Source: Candidatus Woesearchaeota archaeon (GTDB lineage Archaea; Nanobdellota; Nanobdellia; Woesearchaeales; ARS49). From it: 64,000 nt of DNA. Location of the stretch: positions 32,001 through 96,000 of the forward strand of contig JAWADY010000001.1 in NCBI GenBank assembly GCA_038891615.1. The letters are read 5' to 3'. Position numbers and translations under genes: made by a program. Numbering within the stretch: position 1 is the stretch's first letter; each line of letters starts with the position of its first letter. Under the pieces are notes generated by a model, which saw only the letters and a program-made list of their open reading frames with translations, searched no databases and was not told the origin of the DNA. Shown one piece after another: positions 56,563 through 64,000 of this stretch.

Positions 56563-58311
56563 ATGAAAGGAACCGTGCTTGTAGTGCTTTTAGTTGCAAT
56601 TGTATTTGTCTCAGCTTTTGTTTGGAGTGCTGCATTTGCTCAAAAAATAGAAGTTAAGCCAAGTGCAACATCAGAAGAAGCCTTACCTCCAGCAGCTGCT
56701 GGCGAGGCTGCAAAAGAACAACTAACAACTGAGCCAATGTATTTCTGGACAGGAAAAGGTTTTGATTACTGGGAACCTAGGAGGTATACTAAGGAGCAGA
56801 TTGAAAACTATTACACAACAAAAGGCATTACACCAGAACCCGTAGATGCAAGGATTGGAAGATATGGTGTTCAAAACAAAGGAAGTAGGTTGGTTGACAA
56901 GGCAACAGTAAGTCTTAAAGATGGAACACTAAGCCGTTTTGTAGAGCGTGGAACTGTTATTATAAGAGCAGATAAAAAGGTTGAAGTGCAGGACCTGAGT
57001 GGCAAAAAGCTATGGGAAGAAGAAAATGAGCAAAGCTTTAATGACAGGTTTGGCTTTGTTGGCACTGACAATGCGCCCCTCTTCATTTCTGTAATGGCAG
57101 AAAAAGGGGTTTTACTTGAGAAGCTTCCAAAGGCAACTGTTGGCAAAACAATTAGCTATGAGGACTTAGAGATATTCAGGGATTCCCAGGGTAATCTTGT
57201 GGTTGTTGAGAAGGACAGACAACTTACTGAAAGATGGAATTCTGCTGGAGAAAAGATTGAAAGAATATTTGGGCCTGAGGAAGGGCCGACTGAGGGTTAT
57301 AAATTTGTTGACAATAAAATGCAGATTTACAGCAATGGAAGATTGGCTTATACTGCTGACACAGAACTAATTAATGGAAAGAGGAGGGTAGTTTTTGTTG
57401 TAGATGGCAAGTCATACTATTTGAATGATGCCAGTGTTCTAATCGATAAAAACACAAATAAGCCAGCTGATGAAAAGACGGTTGAGAAAGTAAAAGATGT
57501 TATTGGCAAGGACAACTATGAGTTGATTGTTTCCTCAAACGCAGCAAAAGCTGGCGCTCTAACTGTTGGAGAGTATTGGAATAGCGTTTGGCGTGCTGGA
57601 GGAATTGTTGGAGTGCTAAACCAGTTTGTTCAAAACTATTATCAGTGGTCTGGAATTGGTAACCTTGGCTCGCTCTTCATCGGACAAAAGAAGCTTGCTG
57701 AGCAAAGGCAAAAGGCTGCAGAAAGTCTTTGCAAAACCATAATACTTGGTGGCACGAAGTGCTGGACATCAAAGATTTGTCAAAAAAGCTCTGACATAAC
57801 AATAGGAGGAAACACTGCAATCCTCACAACACAGAAAGGAGGGATATACATAAGGCCTGAAAAGAGCACTAGGTTTGAGTTTGTCAATGAAACAACTGGT
57901 GAGAGGATAAGCAAGAGGCTTTACAAGGTCGAGTACAGGGTTTTAAACCTGGAAAAAGAGCCAATCAGCTATAACATTGTTTTTGTTCGCAATGACAGCA
58001 TGGAGAAGAACTACTTTGCATCAGGTGACACTAATGCACAACTAAAACCAGGCGAATCAGTTGTTAGAAGTTCAACTGACCCAATAATAAATTATGCAAG
58101 TAGCGAATACATAGAAGCATGCATTGTCTTTAGCAAGGCAGTGAAAAGTAGAACAGGGAAAATGCGTCACAAACTTTGTCATCCATTCGTAGAGGTTGGC
58201 CGTGAACCAACAATTCTTGAGCTCTCACAGATTGATAAAGAAAAGGCAAGAGGGGCAGGCCCAGAAAGTCAGCCTGCTGTGCCAAAGCCAGGGACAGAGG
58301 TCTGGGATTAA
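56563..58311 (+). CDS. hypothetical secreted protein (C)
   Basis: 582 aa, signal peptide, Gly-rich amphipathic middle segment, LCKTIILGGTKCWTSKIC Cys motif. Confidence 0.75.
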   Translation: MKGTVLVVLLVAIVFVSAFVWSAAFAQKIEVKPSATSEEALPPAAAGEAAKEQLTTEPMYFWTGKGFDYWEPRRYTKEQIENYYTTKGITPEPVDARIGRYGVQNKGSRLVDKATVSLKDGTLSRFVERGTVIIRADKKVEVQDLSGKKLWEEENEQSFNDRFGFVGTDNAPLFISVMAEKGVLLEKLPKATVGKTISYEDLEIFRDSQGNLVVVEKDRQLTERWNSAGEKIERIFGPEEGPTEGYKFVDNKMQIYSNGRLAYTADTELINGKRRVVFVVDGKSYYLNDASVLIDKNTNKPADEKTVEKVKDVIGKDNYELIVSSNAAKAGALTVGEYWNSVWRAGGIVGVLNQFVQNYYQWSGIGNLGSLFIGQKKLAEQRQKAAESLCKTIILGGTKCWTSKICQKSSDITIGGNTAILTTQKGGIYIRPEKSTRFEFVNETTGERISKRLYKVEYRVLNLEKEPISYNIVFVRNDSMEKNYFASGDTNAQLKPGESVVRSSTDPIINYASSEYIEACIVFSKAVKSRTGKMRHKLCHPFVEVGREPTILELSQIDKEKARGAGPESQPAVPKPGTEVWD

Positions 58312-58380
58312 TGGAAGCAAAAAGCTTATCTTTGTCTGAATATGAGCACAAAAAGGTCATAGAAAATAGGAGGGAAATCT

Positions 58381-59247
58381 ATGGTTAAAGCAAAAAAAGT
58401 TGGTGCAAAAAAACAGCTTGCCAACACCACAAGAAAAGGCTACTTTGCAGGACTTTTTAAATGGTTTGCGAGCTCTTTTGTTGCAAAGCCGCAACAGCTT
58501 GGAATTAGCATTGTCTATGATGCAGTCTACTATACCTTGGCAATACTTGTTGGAATGCTGTTATACCTTCCTGTAAAAAAGGCATTTTTTTCTGTTCAAG
58601 CGCTAATGAGTGCTGCTGAGTCGGTTGGCCAGGCCTTACCAGAATTAACAACAACCGCAACCCAGAAACTGCTCTGGTCGCTAGGTGCTTTTGTTGTGCT
58701 TCTACCTATTGCATTGCTTTTTATATACACTGCATTTAAAGGAATGGTTTGGGCAGTCATTATTGGTAAGCCCTCGCTAGCTGCTTTTGGCAAAGGCTTC
58801 TATTGGAAGTTTTTTGCACTCAACCTTGTTTGGTTTGTGTTTTCGCTGCCACTCTTTAGCCTTTTGCTCCTTTTTTCGCGTTATGTTGCTGTGCTAGCAA
58901 ACTCTGCAACCCTGGCTTTTGTTTTATCAATAGTGCTCATGCTTTTGTTTTTGCACCTCCTCACAACAATGCACTACAGTTTTGCAAAAACCCAGCTTGT
59001 TGGAAAGTCGCTAGCAAGCATATTCACAATTGGTTTTGGCAAGATACATAGGCTTGGTCCTGCATATGTTCTTGGATTGGTTGTTTTCATCGTCTGGTCA
59101 CAAGTCTTATGGAGAGCGATAACAGCAATTGGGCTCTCGCCATCAGCGCAGTTCGCGCTGCTAATTACAATAATAATAACCCCTGTCCTTGCATGGCTAA
59201 GAATATTTGCATCAGGGCTAATAGAAAAAGAATCAAAAGGAGCATAG
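58381..59247 (+). CDS. hypothetical polytopic membrane protein (D)
   Basis: 288 aa with about 6 long hydrophobic helices. Confidence 0.78.
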   Translation: MVKAKKVGAKKQLANTTRKGYFAGLFKWFASSFVAKPQQLGISIVYDAVYYTLAILVGMLLYLPVKKAFFSVQALMSAAESVGQALPELTTTATQKLLWSLGAFVVLLPIALLFIYTAFKGMVWAVIIGKPSLAAFGKGFYWKFFALNLVWFVFSLPLFSLLLLFSRYVAVLANSATLAFVLSIVLMLLFLHLLTTMHYSFAKTQLVGKSLASIFTIGFGKIHRLGPAYVLGLVVFIVWSQVLWRAITAIGLSPSAQFALLITIIITPVLAWLRIFASGLIEKESKGA

Positions 59248-59365
59248 TTTGAAAGAAGTGATGAGGGGCAAGATATGAAAAACAAAGCCAATCTTCAAAG
59301 GATGCCAAGCGACAGGTTGGCTTTAAAAGACAAGATTAAAAAGTAAAAAGTTAAGAATTAATCAG

Positions 59366-61363
59366 ATGTCAAGAAAAAGAGGTGTTCGTGGTCAATCTCG
59401 CCTTTTAAAAGCTAAGAAGGCGCAGCTAACAGTTTTCATAATCTTAGGATTGCTTTTTGTTCTCACAGCTGTTCTCATCTTTTACCTTACAACAGCCGCT
59501 GTAAGGGTTGAGAAAGCTGTAGCAGTACCGCGAGAGCAGCGACCTGTTTATGACTTTGTCGTTGAATGCCTTAAGTCAGTTGCACATGATGCAATTGTAC
59601 AAATGGGCCAACAATCTGGCTATTTGGTTATACCAGATTCGATTGCGAGGTCTCCTGCAAGCTATGTTCCTGCTGACCCAACAGGAACTTTCAAGATTCC
59701 ATTTTGGTATTACCTCGGTGAAGATAGAAGTCCAAGTATTGGAGATATGGAAAGGGCAATTTCAAGAAATGTTGAGGATAACCTCAGAGAATGTCTTGGA
59801 AACTTCACTGCATTCAAGGATTTAAGGATTTCAGAGATAGGTAATATGAGCGCAAAAACGACAATTGCAGAAAAGAATGTTGTGGTAGAGTTGGAGTGGC
59901 CGCTTGAGCTTGCAAGTGAGAAAGGGATTGAAAGGATAACGCGCTACACTGCCTTGCTTGATGTTAGGCTTAAAGAAGCATATGACCTTGCCCAGCGATT
60001 CATGACAGCAGAAAACACGCACAAATTGCTTGAGCAGAAAACCATCGACCTCATGGCACTTAACCCAGACATTCCAATGAATGGTTTGGAATTCACCTGT
60101 GAGCAAAAGGTCTGGTTTGCAAACGATATTAAAACTATGCTTCAAACAATGCTTCGAGATAACATTCCTGTCATAAGAATAAAAAACACAGCTTACCCCC
60201 CATTTGATGAGCCGCTGGCTAACTATGAGAAATTAAAAGCATACAGCCCCCAAGACATACTTGCAAACAGAGTACCAAAGCATACCCCCGAAGATGCCTA
60301 TGAGTTCTTCAACCTTTTCTTTGAAGTTGGACAGCCACCTACAGACCTCAAAGCAACCCTGCTTTACTCTCCTGACTGGGGGATGGATTTTGATGTTCAG
60401 CCAAGTGATAATGGTGTGCTTAAATCAAATGTTGCACGAGGGGTGCAAAAATACCTTCCATTTCTTTGCATAAATCAGTACCATTTTGTTTACGACATCA
60501 TTTATCCTGTTGTGCTTCGAGTGAAGGACGAACAAGCTTTCAAGGGCGAGGGCTTTGTTTTTCAGATTGCATTTCCAGTTCTGATAAACAATAACGAAGG
60601 AAATAGAATTGCTGTCCCAATAAAAAGGTTTGAGACAAGAAAGTTCCCATTAGAGTTTTGCAAATCTCTGAGCAACCAGGTCGTTGATGTTAGAGCAATC
60701 GGCCTTGAGCAGGGCTATGTTACTGAGCTAAAAGATGTAAATATGACCTTTAGATGTTTTGACCAACTGTGTCCTTTGGGAAAGACGACTGCAGACCCAA
60801 CCGCAGGCGCAAGGCGATTATTCACCAAAATTCCCGAAGGTTGTACAAATGCCTTTATTCGCGCTGAGAAGGCAGGCTATCTTGCAAATGAGCAACAACT
60901 CACAGAAGATGTTCTTGCGCAAGACAAGGTTGTCATACCATTAACCGCTCTAAAAACAATGAAAATAAAGGTGCTAAAGCATGGCTATTATGCTCCTGAA
61001 AAAAGGTGGCTCACAGAACCAAGAGAGCTGAGGGAAGGCGAGGAGGTTTCAATCGCGATAATCGCGAGGAACAAGCAGTTCGAGCAGTTCATTGATTATC
61101 CAACCACGAAAAGTCTAGAGCTCATTCAGGAGGATTCTAACTATGACATAACGGTTATGCTGCGCCTTTTTGGAAGGATGACAGGCGGCTATGCAGCAGA
61201 GAACCTTCCAATAAGATTTTCTGACATCGATGGCAAAGAAGTTATGATAATCCATGTGTTTGAATATTTGCCGATGGCTTTTGACAGGAGCTATGACAAT
61301 GATGTGGTATCATATCTGTACCAGGGAGGATATCAGCAGATGCTGAAACCGGAGTTTGAATGA
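59366..61363 (+). CDS. large surface protein with class III (prepilin-like) signal peptide, paralog A'
   Basis: KAKKA/QLTVFIILGLLFVL; 665 aa; shares many blocks with 50989..53361. Confidence 0.8.
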   Translation: MSRKRGVRGQSRLLKAKKAQLTVFIILGLLFVLTAVLIFYLTTAAVRVEKAVAVPREQRPVYDFVVECLKSVAHDAIVQMGQQSGYLVIPDSIARSPASYVPADPTGTFKIPFWYYLGEDRSPSIGDMERAISRNVEDNLRECLGNFTAFKDLRISEIGNMSAKTTIAEKNVVVELEWPLELASEKGIERITRYTALLDVRLKEAYDLAQRFMTAENTHKLLEQKTIDLMALNPDIPMNGLEFTCEQKVWFANDIKTMLQTMLRDNIPVIRIKNTAYPPFDEPLANYEKLKAYSPQDILANRVPKHTPEDAYEFFNLFFEVGQPPTDLKATLLYSPDWGMDFDVQPSDNGVLKSNVARGVQKYLPFLCINQYHFVYDIIYPVVLRVKDEQAFKGEGFVFQIAFPVLINNNEGNRIAVPIKRFETRKFPLEFCKSLSNQVVDVRAIGLEQGYVTELKDVNMTFRCFDQLCPLGKTTADPTAGARRLFTKIPEGCTNAFIRAEKAGYLANEQQLTEDVLAQDKVVIPLTALKTMKIKVLKHGYYAPEKRWLTEPRELREGEEVSIAIIARNKQFEQFIDYPTTKSLELIQEDSNYDITVMLRLFGRMTGGYAAENLPIRFSDIDGKEVMIIHVFEYLPMAFDRSYDNDVVSYLYQGGYQQMLKPEFE

Positions 61364-64000
61364 AGATGAAAAAAAGTCTTAAGAGCATACTGCTGCTAAT
61401 GGCTTTCATCTTTTTAGCATTAGCTGTCTCAGTTTTTGGGCTAAGAATAACAGCTCCTGAAATTACCGAAATAAACACAACAAGCGTGACAATAACCTGG
61501 ACAAGTGATGTTGAATCAACAACACAAGTACTTTATGGTACTGCAAGAGATTTGAACCAGATATATGCCAACAATAGCCCTGTTACTTATCATTCTGCTC
61601 GGCTCACAAATCTTAGCCCTAATACAAAATATTATTTCTACATATTTTCTGCAAGCAAGGAACGCGCGGAATTTGCATCAGATGACAATAATGGCAAGCT
61701 TTATAACTTCACCACAGCGCCAGGAGCTGATGTTCGTGCGCCTGTCATCTCAAACATATCTGTTGCTACAGCAGAAACAACAACTGTAATCATTTGGGTG
61801 ACGGATGAGCCAGCCACAACCATGCTTTGGTATGGCACTGCGAGGGCTGAGAACCTTGCGCAAGATGGAAAGCTCACAACCGACCATCGCCTGTCAATTC
61901 CAACCGAAAAGGGCAAGGTTTACAGATTTGTGATTGGTGCTTGTGACGAGTTGAGAAATTGTGCAAACACAACAGAGCAGGGCTTTGTTGGCGGCTCTAC
62001 CGCAGCTTTCCTTTTTGTAGAAGTTCCTTCATTTGTTCAAGAAAACAGGATAGACATTGGTGGCAACACAACACCTTATGCTGCTGTTGAGGTTTTTGTA
62101 AATGGCGAGCTCAAACGTAAGGATGTAAATATTGGCGCAGACGGCAAATTCTTTTTTAGGAGCGTGCCACTCACGCTGGCAGAAAACAACATAACAATAA
62201 AAGCAATAGACAAAGCAGGCAACACAGTAAGCCAGAGCTTCACCACAACAATCGATGCAGAGCCTCCCATCATAGAGCTTGCAAATGTTTCAGAAGCAGT
62301 AACAGAGCCAAGGATTTTAATTAAAGGTAGGACAAATGAGCCTGTAACCCTACACTTTTCAAAACAAAAGGTACTTGATAAGCTTGCGCCTGTAAGGGTC
62401 TCAGGCTTGAAAGCTGAAGAACGCGCTTCTGTTGAATTGAGTTGGGAGCCAAATAAGGAAGAAGACTTGCTTGAGTATGCTGTTTATAGAAATGGCAAAA
62501 GGATTGCAGTTACAAGAACACCAAGCTATACCGATACTAATGTTGAGCCAGGAGTGAGCTACGCCTATAGGGTTTCTGCTGTTGACACGAGCTGCAACGA
62601 AGGAGGACTTTCAGATAGCGTTGAAATAACGACGGTTTATGGTCAAGAAGCAGTTGGAGAAGTGCCTGAAGTTCAATTCACTTGCACACCTCAAGAAACT
62701 ACCAAAGAACTTGGTGTTGGAGAGTTCGATATTGAGATTCCTTTAGAAGAGGGCTTGAACAGTATCAAGCTCAGATTTACTGATAGGGCAGGCAATTCGG
62801 TTGAGTTTGCAAAGGGCGTTATAGTTGATACGCAACCTCCACAAATTCTTGAGACAAACATTGATAGGCTAAGCCCAAGCTACTCTCCAGATGTTTTAAT
62901 AATCGGAAAGGTGAGCGAAAATGCAACTGTTTTTGTTGAAGTCCAAGGAGAAAAATATTTTGACCTCACTGATGATAAGGGGAATTTCAGAATCCCAGTT
63001 ACTCTTAAACGCGATGCAAGCATAAAGATCACCGAGAAAAGGGCAGAAGCAGAAACGGGTGAAGGTTGGAAAAACCACATAAAGGTCCAAGCGATTGACA
63101 TTGCTGGTCAGAAGTCTGATTTTGTTGAAGGGGATGTGATTTATGCCATTTGTGGCTTTGGCAGTTGGTTCAAGGTTGAGTTAAGCAAGCCAATGCCAAG
63201 TTCATTGACACCAAGATTGATGCTTGAGGGCCAACAGCAGCTTGGGTTTGGAGTCAACATAACTTATAGAGGAGGTTATGATGCAGTTATCAAGAGCATA
63301 AATGTCAGGCCAGCCACACTCAGTCCCGCGGCTTCTGAAAACTATGACCAAGGATGGTATCGTGCGGACATAAACCCTTCTCCAAGAGGAAAGAAGAGCT
63401 ATGTAGGTTATCTTAGGTTGCTATTCACAGGGGTTCCAGACGTTCCAGGCAAGACATTCCTGGAGCGGGAAGAAGTTCTTTCAAATCACAGGATTGGAAA
63501 GTGTAAAACAATTCCTCCTGGCACTGGATGTTTTAAAGGACTTCTCGAGTTAGAAATAAAAGCCCAAGAGCTCATACCGATAAAGCCGTTTACCCAAGTA
63601 ACAGGCCTCCCAACAGAGATCCAACCATCTGACATAACACAAAAGGTATGCATAGACATAGAATCAATGATTGATAGGCGTGTGAAGCCTCTTGCGCCGC
63701 GAGGTCTGCTGAAAAGTAGCATAAGCCTAATGGACGGAATATTAAAAGGAATTGATTCTGTGCTTAAGCCTGTCAGAACAATAGGGCAATTAACCTTGGG
63801 AGGCTGCTTTGCAACAAACCTGCTAAATTGGGCATTCTTTGTGCAGGAGCGCTTTGCTTGCACTCCTTCTCACGATTTGTTTGAAACAATTAAAAGCTTT
63901 TTGGGCATTTCCGAATTCAAGGATGTTGCAGAAATAGGGCTATGCAATGTCCATCCAAGGCTCAAAGACAATCCAACCGCAAAGGATGCCTGCAACAGGT
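61360..64000 (+). CDS. giant secreted FN3/Ig-domain protein (B'), 3'-truncated by the window edge; not in the ORF track
   Basis: Open frame from ATG 61360 to the window end (>880 aa): signal MKMKKSLKSILLLMAFIF, FN3 motifs (SVTITWT...LTNLSPNTKYYF; LSWEP...YAVYRNG...YAYRVSAVD), D.AGN Ig repeats; ATGA overlap. Confidence 0.82.
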   Translation, partial: MKMKKSLKSILLLMAFIFLALAVSVFGLRITAPEITEINTTSVTITWTSDVESTTQVLYGTARDLNQIYANNSPVTYHSARLTNLSPNTKYYFYIFSASKERAEFASDDNNGKLYNFTTAPGADVRAPVISNISVATAETTTVIIWVTDEPATTMLWYGTARAENLAQDGKLTTDHRLSIPTEKGKVYRFVIGACDELRNCANTTEQGFVGGSTAAFLFVEVPSFVQENRIDIGGNTTPYAAVEVFVNGELKRKDVNIGADGKFFFRSVPLTLAENNITIKAIDKAGNTVSQSFTTTIDAEPPIIELANVSEAVTEPRILIKGRTNEPVTLHFSKQKVLDKLAPVRVSGLKAEERASVELSWEPNKEEDLLEYAVYRNGKRIAVTRTPSYTDTNVEPGVSYAYRVSAVDTSCNEGGLSDSVEITTVYGQEAVGEVPEVQFTCTPQETTKELGVGEFDIEIPLEEGLNSIKLRFTDRAGNSVEFAKGVIVDTQPPQILETNIDRLSPSYSPDVLIIGKVSENATVFVEVQGEKYFDLTDDKGNFRIPVTLKRDASIKITEKRAEAETGEGWKNHIKVQAIDIAGQKSDFVEGDVIYAICGFGSWFKVELSKPMPSSLTPRLMLEGQQQLGFGVNITYRGGYDAVIKSINVRPATLSPAASENYDQGWYRADINPSPRGKKSYVGYLRLLFTGVPDVPGKTFLEREEVLSNHRIGKCKTIPPGTGCFKGLLELEIKAQELIPIKPFTQVTGLPTEIQPSDITQKVCIDIESMIDRRVKPLAPRGLLKSSISLMDGILKGIDSVLKPVRTIGQLTLGGCFATNLLNWAFFVQERFACTPSHDLFETIKSFLGISEFKDVAEIGLCNVHPRLKDNPTAKDACNR

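Overview
A 64-kb window of an archaeal chromosome, most likely a DPANN/Nanobdellota (Woesearchaeota-like) genome. The assignment is inferred from archaeal ribosomal proteins (L35Ae, L37e, L41e, L44e, S6e, S27e), aIF2-alpha, Nop10, GINS, ZPR1, Sm, an S-layer protein, TATA promoters and BHB-type tRNA introns. It contains ten tRNA genes, seven with introns, including an Ile tRNA with a UAU anticodon and a Leu(UAG) tRNA with two introns. Carbon metabolism is unusually rich: a bacterial-type pentose-phosphate cluster (rpiB-rpe-tkt-tal-pgi-zwf-gnd), class I aldolase, PfkB kinase, DeoC, enolase, iPGM and a GT3 glycogen synthase. There are a few decayed gene remnants and an 80-bp structured tandem repeat attached to tRNA-Lys. 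From about 50 kb to the window end runs a co-oriented cluster of large uncharacterised surface proteins, built on a duplicated, translationally coupled pair (class III signal-peptide protein plus giant Ig/FN3, Cys-rich protein). This cluster is the best candidate for an undescribed system. No rRNA, CRISPR array, integrase or transposase was seen. All product calls come from recognising motifs by eye; no searches were run.
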